Below, in pieces: positions 36,156 to 44,923 of a stretch of DNA of 47,493 nt. The stretch comes from a virus. Numbering within the stretch: position 1 is the stretch's first letter; the number at the start of each line of letters is the position of its first letter. The notes under the pieces are model-generated. The model was not told the origin of the DNA, searched no databases, and saw only the letters and a list, made by a program, of their open reading frames with translations. Location: the IMG/VR virus record IMGVR_UViG_3300039412_000320; one strand, given 5' to 3'. The position numbers were made by a program, and so were the translations under genes.

Positions 36156-37106
36156 ATGAAAATGGGACGCCCCATTGTCGATTTAACAGGTAAGAAGTTT
36201 AACATGCTGACGGTTATACGCCAGACTGATAAACGATGGGGAACATCCGTCCTATGGGAATGTCGTTGTGATTGTGGAGGAAGTATTCTAGCAGTTGGTT
36301 ATAAGCTCAGGAACGGTAGAGTAAAGTCATGTGGGTGCTATAGGAAAAGGATTATCCTTGAAAAAAACACGGTTGATTTGACAGGCAGACAGTTTGGAAG
36401 ATTGACCGTCATAAGTAAGGCTGACGAAATGAAAATTAATAGAGATGGTAGCCAAAGGAAGCTATGGAAATGTTCCTGCATATGTGGTAAAACTAAGATA
36501 ACGAATACTACAGCATTAACTAGTGATAGTGTATCATCTTGTGGATGTATACGAAAAGAGCCTCCGGTAAATTTTAACAATCTAGTAGGCAGAAGATTTG
36601 GTAGACTTACTGTAATTAGTAGAGGAGTGATTGATAAAAAATACCAAACACGCTGGTTATGCCGTTGTGATTGTGGAATGGAGAAATCTTTTCTAGCGGC
36701 AGATTTAGTTAGAGGACTTACACAATCATGCGGGTGTTTACGCCAATTAATATATAGCGGAATGAACTGTCGTTTTTATCAGCATGGAAGAACGGGAACA
36801 GAAGAGTTTAACCACGAAAGACGGGCTAAGCGCCGTTCTTTTGAGAATTTGGCCTCTATAGAACCAATTCCGGTGGGGGCTATATCCCACAGAATGCGGG
36901 TTGAGTTTGAAGGCAAGTGTATTTATTGCAATGACCCATATGAAGCGGTAGACCATTTAACCCCTCTAAGTAAAGGTGGGTTACATGCATTGTGGAATTT
37001 GGTGCCAGCATGTACATTTTGTAATTCATCTAAAAAAGATAGGTTATTGGGCAGCGGGTGGTGGCCCAAAGCTTGGAATGTGGAGGTTTCTACTAATGTT
37101 AATTAA
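36156..37106 (+). CDS. HNH homing endonuclease with three N-terminal Cys-repeat modules
   Basis: Three copies of the G(K/R)xFGxLTV...W.C.CDCG...SCGC repeat are followed by the classical HNH motif CIYCNDPYEAVDHLTPLSKGGLHALWNLVPACTFCNSSK. Confidence 0.85.
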   Translation: MKMGRPIVDLTGKKFNMLTVIRQTDKRWGTSVLWECRCDCGGSILAVGYKLRNGRVKSCGCYRKRIILEKNTVDLTGRQFGRLTVISKADEMKINRDGSQRKLWKCSCICGKTKITNTTALTSDSVSSCGCIRKEPPVNFNNLVGRRFGRLTVISRGVIDKKYQTRWLCRCDCGMEKSFLAADLVRGLTQSCGCLRQLIYSGMNCRFYQHGRTGTEEFNHERRAKRRSFENLASIEPIPVGAISHRMRVEFEGKCIYCNDPYEAVDHLTPLSKGGLHALWNLVPACTFCNSSKKDRLLGSGWWPKAWNVEVSTNVN

Positions 37107-37578
37107 ACTAGCTTATGTTGCTTACGTGAAAAACCATCGAGATTCAAAAGGAAAGGCCGCTCCTTGGGTTGTCAAAGACCATAAAGACGACCATATTATT
37201 TCCTCGCATAAAACAGAAACCGAGGCTAAGACTCATCTCCAACAGATGCACGTCCATTCTGGTTCTATCAAAACCTCTGATATGATGACACAAACCACTG
37301 TACGCCTTGTCGATAAGAATGGATATAGTAACGGAGAATGGTATGTAAAGCCCGGAGATACTGCTAAGTTGACCTATATTCAAAAGCAGTTGGCATTAGC
37401 TCAAGAGGAAGAACCCCAAGGGGGTTGGAAATTACAGACACGTGGAACCTCCCTCGGATGGCACGACTGGAACAAAAACTTTGAAGACCCCTACACTAAG
37501 AAAGCCTATGGCGTACACCCGGAAGGTTGTGAGTGTGGTTTCTGCAAGAAGAAGGGGGACATCGGGGGCAAGAAGTAA
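37096..37578 (+). CDS. hypothetical protein, about 160 aa
   Basis: The ATG at 37096 sits behind GGAGG and overlaps the HNH stop. The longer 36976 form would overlap the HNH gene by 130 nt. Confidence 0.5.
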   Translation: MLIKLAYVAYVKNHRDSKGKAAPWVVKDHKDDHIISSHKTETEAKTHLQQMHVHSGSIKTSDMMTQTTVRLVDKNGYSNGEWYVKPGDTAKLTYIQKQLALAQEEEPQGGWKLQTRGTSLGWHDWNKNFEDPYTKKAYGVHPEGCECGFCKKKGDIGGKK

Positions 37579-37635
37579 GAGAAGGACGAAAAGAAGACCG
37601 CCGCCGAGAAGCCGCTCTCTCCCATTGAAAAGAGG

Positions 37636-40122
37636 TTGATGGAGAGGGGATTCCGCTACACGAAGGAAAATCACCCCTTCCTCACCGACCTTAAAATCCC
37701 CACCTATATCCGGGGAGACGGCCCCGGTGCGGACGTGATTTTCATTTTCCAAGGAAAGCCGCTTACTTCCGACCAGATGTACGAGGAAGTCAAGAACAAC
37801 TGGCGTCCTGCCCGGAGCGATGAGAGGAACTGGCTAGCATCCGGTGGATTGGAGCGCTACTTCATCAAGAGTCAGCCCAAGGCAGCCGGACGTTCTTCCA
37901 CCCCCAAATTCGTTCTGCGAATGCACGTGCCGGGATACCACATCACCGACTCGGCATGGAATGTCGGTGGTGGACATGGACAGGTGCCGGGAATGGGTCG
38001 GCCTTCACCCGAAAGTCTTGCTCGTTACATTGACTCCTTCATTAAGAGCACCCAGCCGGGCGGAACCAATGAACACCTTGGACCCATGGTCCCCACTGAT
38101 GCCGCCATCTATCTGAATGACGGCACCTACACCAACCCGGTAGCGGTATGGAAGAACCCCAAGACCGCCGCCACGCCCATCAAGAAGCGGGTGCAGGCGG
38201 ACACGGCAGACAATCCCGCCAACGAACGGGGCGGGGAAGGAGCCATGGACCCCAAGACCGACAAGGAGAAGAAGGTTACAGCCTCCTTAGACCCACTGGT
38301 AGTAAAGTACGGGAAGGTCAAAGACTCACTGGGAAAAATCAAGGAAGGGTGGTTAATCCTTGATGGCAGCCAAGTCCGGGGAGTTCACGCCACTAAGGAA
38401 AAAGCAGTAGGTGCGGCGGAGGGTATCGCCAGCATCAGCATCGTGGGCGGGGTCAAGTGTCCCGTTAAGGTTGCAAAGACCGCCGAAGCCCAGATGCACT
38501 GTCCCATGTGCAAGGGAACTGCCCGCAAGGCAAAGCCCGAAGACGAGCAGTACTTCTGCTCGTGCGGATGGAGGTCTGGTACAGCGCAGGAAGTCTCCGA
38601 AATGCGGCGTCCCAAGGACCAAAAGAACGCCACGAAAAAGACGGCCTCTGTTGACGCAGCCGAACTGATTGCCGAAGAGCTTATGCGTGCGCCGGATGAG
38701 GAGGAAGATGTCATTGTCGCTTCCACCAAGTTCAAGCAAGCGTCGGCTCAACGGGAATCGGCTCTCCGTCACAACCGCCGCCAGCACAAGCTGGATGGTG
38801 AGGACGGGGACGACTTCTACGGCGTTATCGACGCCGCATGGAACGGCCTCAAGGATAGTATGCGGGCACGGTGGGCTTCTTTGGAAGTAACCAAGGTCGC
38901 CGACCAATCCGTTGAACCGGACATCTTCGAAGCCAAAGCGGCCATTGAGGGCGAGAGCAAAGCTGACCTCTCACAGGAGAAGAGCGAAGGCGGACCCGAG
39001 GTTGCTACCAAGACCACCGAAGTCTGCGAGCTTGCTGACCAGAAGACCTCGCCGGACCACGGCGGGGTTCCCCGGCTGGCAGGAGACATCAACATCTCTG
39101 TATCCACCGATGACAGCAAGTCCAAGGTAAAGTCCAAGCTCCCCCTTGGAGATGGCAAGGAAGACAAGAAGGAAGACAAGAAAGACAAGAAAGACAAGAA
39201 AAAGAAAGCCGACCTTGGCAGCGCCGGTAACCTGATGGACCAGCGGGATAAGCTCTACTCCGCCCTGTCCACCGCTACCCCGGCGAGGAAGACTACCCTC
39301 ATGCGGGAAGTGGAGAAACTCAATCGAGCCATTGAATCCGAAGGGGTGAATGACCGGAGCCTGAATTCGGCTCCTTCCGAGCCGTGGGGAAAACTGACCA
39401 GTGCCAAAACCAAGAATGCTGACCAATCGGTGACCCCCGACATCAGTAAAGCCAAGTCCAAGCTTACCCATGGGGCAAAGGAGACCATTGGGGTATCCAA
39501 TGACCCCACCTACAAGGAAACCAAACAGCCCATTGAGCTAGCCAAGCAGGCTGACCAATCGGTTTCCCCGGATATTGAAAAGGCTCGGGCGGCGGTCAAG
39601 GGTCAATCCAAAGACCAGTTAGCTGACAACCCGGACGCTACCAAGACCACCGATGCTCGGGAGCTTGAGAAGCAGGCGTGCGCACCCCTCGGCGATGACC
39701 TTGACGAGGCGGTGGAAGTTGGCTACATCGGTGACCTTGCTGACCTCGGAGCCAACCTTCCCGAAGTAGCCAACAGCAAGGAGGAGCCGCATGAGAGCTA
39801 TCAGGCGGGCGAGGGCGGGCTGAACAATGAACCAAAACAGGCGGGTAAGACCGCCGCTTCCCCCGAAGCCTTGGAAAAGGCCCAGTGGCTCATCGACAAC
39901 GATGATGAAATCATCTACGATGTCGCCGCCAACGTTGGTCAAATCGTAGACAACGTGAAGCACATGCGTTGGTTCCTAAACGCCGTGGCGGATGAAATCG
40001 AAGAGGGTGAGAACGTCAACATGGCGGTGGAGGGGGAACTTCCCGGCAAGCGGGAGATGAAGAGCAGGACTACCCCGGCTGACATTCCGGTGCAGCCTGA
40101 GAGAAAAACAAGGGGAATGTAA
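37636..40122 (+). CDS. large hypothetical protein, 828 aa
   Basis: It has three ADQSV(E/T/S)PDI..AK repeats, a K/D-rich tract (KEDKKEDKKDKKDKKKK) and a second copy of the ADTADNP..NE.GG..PKTD.EK module near residues 180-215. Confidence 0.7.
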   Translation: MMERGFRYTKENHPFLTDLKIPTYIRGDGPGADVIFIFQGKPLTSDQMYEEVKNNWRPARSDERNWLASGGLERYFIKSQPKAAGRSSTPKFVLRMHVPGYHITDSAWNVGGGHGQVPGMGRPSPESLARYIDSFIKSTQPGGTNEHLGPMVPTDAAIYLNDGTYTNPVAVWKNPKTAATPIKKRVQADTADNPANERGGEGAMDPKTDKEKKVTASLDPLVVKYGKVKDSLGKIKEGWLILDGSQVRGVHATKEKAVGAAEGIASISIVGGVKCPVKVAKTAEAQMHCPMCKGTARKAKPEDEQYFCSCGWRSGTAQEVSEMRRPKDQKNATKKTASVDAAELIAEELMRAPDEEEDVIVASTKFKQASAQRESALRHNRRQHKLDGEDGDDFYGVIDAAWNGLKDSMRARWASLEVTKVADQSVEPDIFEAKAAIEGESKADLSQEKSEGGPEVATKTTEVCELADQKTSPDHGGVPRLAGDINISVSTDDSKSKVKSKLPLGDGKEDKKEDKKDKKDKKKKADLGSAGNLMDQRDKLYSALSTATPARKTTLMREVEKLNRAIESEGVNDRSLNSAPSEPWGKLTSAKTKNADQSVTPDISKAKSKLTHGAKETIGVSNDPTYKETKQPIELAKQADQSVSPDIEKARAAVKGQSKDQLADNPDATKTTDARELEKQACAPLGDDLDEAVEVGYIGDLADLGANLPEVANSKEEPHESYQAGEGGLNNEPKQAGKTAASPEALEKAQWLIDNDDEIIYDVAANVGQIVDNVKHMRWFLNAVADEIEEGENVNMAVEGELPGKREMKSRTTPADIPVQPERKTRGM

Positions 40123-41879
40123 TGCGTAAGCGAGCCGAGGTGGAAGGTTGGACCGACTGGCAGACGATGGTTGTCTACAGTTACATCTCCAATGACCAGC
40201 GGGACCAGAAGAAAGCCCAGACCATGGCGTTGCAAGCGTTGCAGCAGCGTGGTAAGGGCAACTTCAACCTCGATACCTTGGCTAATCAGTTCGCCCAGAC
40301 GTTCAGGAAGTACCGGAATCAAGTCAAGCAGCAGTGGGATGAAGAGGACGCCGAAGCTTTACAGGAGCGGGGAGAGTTCGAGGCTCGCCAGATAGAGGGT
40401 AAGACGCCAGAACCGACCGGCAACCGGGCAGCGGATATTTTCGCTGAGATAATCGACCTGATGAAGGCCGACCCCGGCATGGGTGGTGGGGGTCCGAGGG
40501 AGTGGGTAGAACCAAACTGGAAGGAAATAGCTTCCTTTTACATGGATGAAGCTGAGCTTGAACAGAACTATCAGGACAGTCTTATGGGCAGGACAAGAGA
40601 GCGGGAACTTCCCCCGGATATGACTGAGGGGATGAAAGCCATGGGTATTCAAGGGGCATACAAGGAGGCTAGAATGGAAGTCAAGTACACGTTGAAGGGT
40701 AAGAAATATACTTCAAACTTTGCCAACGCCAAGCAGGCGGGGAGCTTTGTTGTCAAGGCGGCAACGAAGTGGGGTAACGACTTCAAGGCAGAGCCAATCA
40801 CATCCGGCATCAGCTATGTGGATGGAGCCAAGCCTGAGAACATTGTAACCGCCAAAGCCCTCGGCGCTCCTGTCGAGAAAGAACCTGCCGCCACCTCTGT
40901 CACTTGTTCCAAATGCCATCAAGTGGTACGAAAGGGAGAAAGCTGCGGATGTGGCGAGATTGAAAACTGGAAAGCCCCCGATAAGAAGGCGGGCTTCAAC
41001 TTCTTTTTCCCCGGTCAGGCGCTCCGGGAATTCTACCCGGAAATCCAACATGAGATAGTGGATTACCCAAACGCCACGAATGCTCCTATGGACGCCGACA
41101 TTGCAGGCAATACTTTAGATGCCCCGTCCTTCCACGGCAATGAACCCGAGGGACCCGGTTTCCTCACCGCTGCTTTGGATAACACTTTTGATAACCTGAC
41201 CAAGGTTTCTTATATCAGCACTTCCCCGGCTGGAGCGGCGGGATTGGGGCTGGACTACAAACCGCAAATTCCCGAGGGACAACAGCAGACTTCCCCGGAT
41301 GAAATCAGGCGGCACAACGAGATGGAGGATTTCCCCAAGGCAGGAAACGAGGGAATCGACCCCCTCCGCAGCGAGAACGAAATTAAGGGCGAGGGATTCT
41401 CCCAAGAGTTTGGCAGCCAGTACGGGGGCGCACCTGACGCTCTTACCGTCCTTGCCGGTCTGATGAAGACCGCAGGCACGATGCAGGATAAGGAGAAGTT
41501 CAGCACCTTCCTCAAGCACGTCATGGCGGAACTCGCAGCGGCTTTCATCTCCGCCTACAAGCTAACTAGCCGACCGCCTCTGGATAAGATTCCGGGCATT
41601 GGCGAGGTCCAGTTAGACCAAATGGAACAACAGCAATTGCAGGGAGGCAGCACTACCCTGAACATCACCGGCAGCCGGGTCAAGGCGCTGGTGGAAAAAC
41701 TGACTGATTCAGAAATCCAAGAGGCGATAAACGATGGCTGGGCACAAGCTGCCGTCTGGTGCAGTTCTCCGGGCGGGGGATTTGTGTACGAGGTCTTTGT
41801 CCGGGCGGAGACGCTCGATTCTGAGTCATTGCTTCTTAAGTATCGTTTCGTAACTGGTACTAGGGACTCTAATGCTTAG
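40122..41879 (+). CDS. hypothetical protein, 585 aa, with a zinc ribbon (CSKCHQ...CGCGE)
   Basis: The start overlaps the upstream stop (TAATG). Confidence 0.7.
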   Translation: MRKRAEVEGWTDWQTMVVYSYISNDQRDQKKAQTMALQALQQRGKGNFNLDTLANQFAQTFRKYRNQVKQQWDEEDAEALQERGEFEARQIEGKTPEPTGNRAADIFAEIIDLMKADPGMGGGGPREWVEPNWKEIASFYMDEAELEQNYQDSLMGRTRERELPPDMTEGMKAMGIQGAYKEARMEVKYTLKGKKYTSNFANAKQAGSFVVKAATKWGNDFKAEPITSGISYVDGAKPENIVTAKALGAPVEKEPAATSVTCSKCHQVVRKGESCGCGEIENWKAPDKKAGFNFFFPGQALREFYPEIQHEIVDYPNATNAPMDADIAGNTLDAPSFHGNEPEGPGFLTAALDNTFDNLTKVSYISTSPAGAAGLGLDYKPQIPEGQQQTSPDEIRRHNEMEDFPKAGNEGIDPLRSENEIKGEGFSQEFGSQYGGAPDALTVLAGLMKTAGTMQDKEKFSTFLKHVMAELAAAFISAYKLTSRPPLDKIPGIGEVQLDQMEQQQLQGGSTTLNITGSRVKALVEKLTDSEIQEAINDGWAQAAVWCSSPGGGFVYEVFVRAETLDSESLLLKYRFVTGTRDSNA

Positions 41880-42447
41880 AACTTGTTTGAAATGTCAAAA
41901 AGAACTAGACCTAGAAAATAACTTTTCTCGTCGTCCTTGTACTCTCGTTTCCGGTGAAGTGCGGATTTATTGGAGTAGGAAATGTAAAGCTTGTAGGGCT
42001 GGTAAACGCCATGGTATTTGTTCTCTTTGCAAAAAGCAAAAGAAACTAGAGGGGGGAGGAATCTGTGGAAATTGCTATTTCAAGACAGAGATAGCTGTCA
42101 ATCCCGAAAAGCTCAAGGCATATCAATCTATCGCAAGAGCACGACACTTGCTCAGAAAATATAAAATGACATTAGAGGAATATGCCTCTTTATTAGTCAA
42201 GCAAAACGGAAAATGTGCTATTTGTGGGGTTTCTGATAATGGAAAGACCAGAGATGGAAAGAATAACCTGCCCTTTATGGTAGACCACGACCATCTAACT
42301 GGAGAAAATCGTGGACTCCTGTGCGCTGCTTGTAATTTTCTAGTGGGTCTCCTAGAAGCAAACCACATGCGCTATGAAGCCGTCAAAATCTATCTTGATA
42401 AATATCATAACAAAACCACTCTTGCTATAAATGCTAAGGAGACGTAA
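41872..42447 (+). CDS. Endonuclease VII-like HNH endonuclease
   Basis: It carries CAICG...MVDHDHLTGENRGLLCAACNFLVG, the EndoVII signature. Confidence 0.8.
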   Translation: MLRTCLKCQKELDLENNFSRRPCTLVSGEVRIYWSRKCKACRAGKRHGICSLCKKQKKLEGGGICGNCYFKTEIAVNPEKLKAYQSIARARHLLRKYKMTLEEYASLLVKQNGKCAICGVSDNGKTRDGKNNLPFMVDHDHLTGENRGLLCAACNFLVGLLEANHMRYEAVKIYLDKYHNKTTLAINAKET

Positions 42448-42752
42448 TGGTTTTCCTGACCCGAGGGGGAATGAAGATTGCGGGAGAACTTCCGTGGCAG
42501 TCGTTTCAATCGGAAGACTTCGGGGAGAATCCCCTACTTACCTTGGATGTCCTTGATTCTGACGATGAAGTTTGGAGTGTCGTGGCGGAGTGGCTGGATA
42601 TGCATCCCCACGAGCCTGCGGACTTCGAGTACAAGCCCGAAGTAGAACCACAGAAAGACTCCGGTGTGCGCCGGTCCATGCTTCCCTACAGTCTCAGCCC
42701 TATGCTACGCCGGGCATCTGCGGCGGGCTACCCTGCGTTTCGTCGGGGGTAG
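42447..42752 (+). CDS. hypothetical protein, 101 aa
   Basis: It shows TAATG coupling. Its 3' end overlaps the convergent gene. Confidence 0.4.
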   Translation: MVFLTRGGMKIAGELPWQSFQSEDFGENPLLTLDVLDSDDEVWSVVAEWLDMHPHEPADFEYKPEVEPQKDSGVRRSMLPYSLSPMLRRASAAGYPAFRRG

Positions 42753-43209
42753 TTGAGAAATCATTCATGGCATCGTAATACTCAAAGTTGAACGGACCCT
42801 TGGGGGATTCGACTGTGTAGTCTTTTTTGTCGTAATAATCCAAGTCATGTGGTCGATGGTTAGGAGGAGTAAAGGACGTGCTTCTCTCGGGGATGACCTG
42901 TTCCTCCATGAACTCCGCTGTGTCCTTGCTCACCCCCCAAGACTTGATTACCCCGATAGCAGCAGACAGGGGCAACTTACCCACCGCTACCAAATTGCGC
43001 AAAGTTATCAAATCAGGCTTGCGGGGTGAGGTAGGGAGACAATACTCCGGGAGAGTAACCTTCACTCTTACAAAGCGCCTCATGTTGTGCTTACGCTTGG
43101 GAAGAGGGTGGTTCGTAACACTGAGGTAAACACGAATAGGCGGGTAGTCTTGGTTTAATACCCGAGGGTGAAAATCAAGAGTCCCAATCCGCCAGACCAT
43201 CTTTTTCAT
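42700..43209 (-). CDS. hypothetical protein, about 169 aa
   Basis: The ATG at 43209 lies 2 nt after the upstream stop. The longer form would overlap the upstream gene by 248 nt. Confidence 0.45.
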   Translation of the reverse strand: MKKMVWRIGTLDFHPRVLNQDYPPIRVYLSVTNHPLPKRKHNMRRFVRVKVTLPEYCLPTSPRKPDLITLRNLVAVGKLPLSAAIGVIKSWGVSKDTAEFMEEQVIPERSTSFTPPNHRPHDLDYYDKKDYTVESPKGPFNFEYYDAMNDFSTTPDETQGSPPQMPGVA

Positions 43210-43210
43210 A

Positions 43211-44002
43211 CTAGACCTCTCCCCAATCCTGTGGACAAGGGATGGGCGCTGCCGGACCTTCAACCGCTGAGGGGGTTCCTCCGTGCCTCGCATAAAAGTC
43301 AGCCATGAAGGCTTCCTTGGGTAGGGGAGCAAGCCCCTTCTTCCGACGCACCAGACAATTCTGGACCCAACAGCGGCGTGCCCGGTAATGCAACCCCCTG
43401 CGGTCACCTTTACCCATGTTGGGACGGCCCCGGTGCCTGCGGGTCTCCACCACCCCAAACTCCTCCGCTGCTTTGAAAACCGTGGAGACGCTTATGTTCA
43501 GAGAGTCAGCAACCTCTTGGTAAGAGGCTTCGGGGTTCCGCCTGAGAACCTCCGCCAGAATCCGTCTGTATTCAAATTGTTCTTTCTGGAGGGGAGTGAA
43601 ACTACGGGACTCCTTGTACTGTTGGCGATTGACGGGGGTGACCACTGCGTAGCTCCGTAATTTGTACTTCTTGGCGATTTGCTGCACCGTGCTATTCCAT
43701 TTGAGTTCGGCAAGCTTGGCAATCTCGCCATAAGATAAAGTACTGCTTTTCAGGAGAAAAACGGTGAGGTCCACTTTATCTTGAGGAACGTCCTTATCCC
43801 TTAGCCGGACCCTCTCAGGCTTATCCATGGGTTCGGGGGGATTGACCGCCCCGCCCACCGCCCGGTCATACCACTCCAAGGTGGGCACCCAACGCCGGTT
43901 TGGCGGCAGGGAGTGGCTTTGATTAGGGTCTAAAGCATCTTCCACGAGCAGCCTATCGTAAAGGGACAGGTCAGCCCTTCGCAACTGAGTTTCTACTTTC
44001 AT
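43211..44002 (-). CDS. DNA-binding protein with two sigma-70 region-4-like HTH motifs (homing-endonuclease-like binding module without a nuclease domain)
   Basis: The HTH motifs are SYGEIAKLAELKWNSTVQQIAKKY and SYQEVADSLNISVSTVFKAAEEFG. The ATG at 44002 sits behind SD GAGGTG. The track's longer start at 44206 would overlap the upstream gene. Confidence 0.5.
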   Translation of the reverse strand: MKVETQLRRADLSLYDRLLVEDALDPNQSHSLPPNRRWVPTLEWYDRAVGGAVNPPEPMDKPERVRLRDKDVPQDKVDLTVFLLKSSTLSYGEIAKLAELKWNSTVQQIAKKYKLRSYAVVTPVNRQQYKESRSFTPLQKEQFEYRRILAEVLRRNPEASYQEVADSLNISVSTVFKAAEEFGVVETRRHRGRPNMGKGDRRGLHYRARRCWVQNCLVRRKKGLAPLPKEAFMADFYARHGGTPSAVEGPAAPIPCPQDWGEV

Positions 44003-44009
44003 ACACACC

Positions 44010-44363
44010 TCAACGTTTAAGTGAATGCTTCTCCCGCAGGGGAGAGTGATACACCGCTCCAAGCTCCGCTCCTGTGCCGATTTTCCCCGATTCCTTCCCC
44101 ACCGCCCCCTCGCCTTTACCGCCGAAGGTCGCCAGTGGACCGAAAGAACCACGATTCTGCGCCTTATTAAAACGCTCAGCCTCTTTTCGATTGTCCGTGA
44201 TTTCAATGATTTGCGTGTGTTTTCCGTCCCAAGCGACCTTTGCCATTTTCATTTCGGTAGTCTCTTCCGAGCAGTTGGGACAATGGGTCGATAACCCCGG
44301 TTTGCCGGGGAGTAGGACAAAATCACGATAGCACTTGATACACGTGCGGACTTGAGCAGGCAT
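44010..44363 (-). CDS. zinc-ribbon protein, about 117 aa
   Basis: It carries CIKC...CPNC. The ATG at 44363 sits behind the promoter element plus SD GGAGG. Confidence 0.5.
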   Translation of the reverse strand: MPAQVRTCIKCYRDFVLLPGKPGLSTHCPNCSEETTEMKMAKVAWDGKHTQIIEITDNRKEAERFNKAQNRGSFGPLATFGGKGEGAVGKESGKIGTGAELGAVYHSPLREKHSLKR

Positions 44364-44376
44364 GGTGCCTCCACTT

Positions 44377-44391
44377 ACAGTATACCACGCC
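44377..44391 (-). promoter_or_regulatory. Conserved extended -10 promoter element, copy 5
   Basis: The minus strand reads GGCGTGGTATACTGTAAGTGGAGGCACC ATG. Confidence 0.5.
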
Positions 44392-44421
44392 GGTAAAAAA
44401 ATCCTCATAAAATTGTGGGGA

Positions 44422-44436
44422 GTGAGGTATACTGAG
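44422..44436 (+). promoter_or_regulatory. Conserved promoter element, copy 6; the only plus-orientation copy, divergent from copy 5
   Basis: The plus strand reads GTGAGGTATACTGAGAGTGGAGGGATAT ATG. Confidence 0.45.
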
Positions 44437-44449
44437 AGTGGAGGGATAT

Positions 44450-44923
44450 ATGACCAATGAACAGGACCCCGTAGCCCGGCTCAAAGCCAAAATTCTAGCA
44501 AAGGAATACCAGATAATGGAGCGCCGGGGGTTACCGATTGCTCCTCCAGAGATTCAGTTGACGGCAGCGGACGACAAGTTTCTCGCTACGCTCAAGGTCG
44601 CATGGGAGCCGGAAGCGGTTCCGGGATTCATCCTGCCTTACAATCTCACCGAGTTTTTGAACATGTACCCCAACAAAATCCGGGAAGCTACCGCCATGAT
44701 CGCCAAGGAGTTCGGCTACGAGCCGCTGAATGACTCCCTTGACGATTGGACGCAGGAAATCATCGCCAACTTCTTGATGTTCAAGGAAGAGAAGTTTGAA
44801 GACATTATCGAAATGTACATCACCGCCCCTCCCCGGATGCCGGGGCAGTCGGTGTCAAGTCATTTCATGGGATATGTGAAAATGTGGGTCCGGGCCTTAT
44901 TCCCCGTCGTCATCGGGGACTGA
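44450..44923 (+). CDS. hypothetical protein, 158 aa
   Basis: The ATG at 44450 sits behind SD GGAGGG and the promoter element. Confidence 0.55.
   Translation: MTNEQDPVARLKAKILAKEYQIMERRGLPIAPPEIQLTAADDKFLATLKVAWEPEAVPGFILPYNLTEFLNMYPNKIREATAMIAKEFGYEPLNDSLDDWTQEIIANFLMFKEEKFEDIIEMYITAPPRMPGQSVSSHFMGYVKMWVRALFPVVIGD

Noticed and set aside
39160-39200. A short tandem repeat (gaagacaag), considered as a CRISPR or VNTR element.
   Set aside because: It lies inside a coding sequence and encodes a K/D/E-rich linker. It has no spacer and repeat architecture. No CRISPR array is present anywhere in the window.
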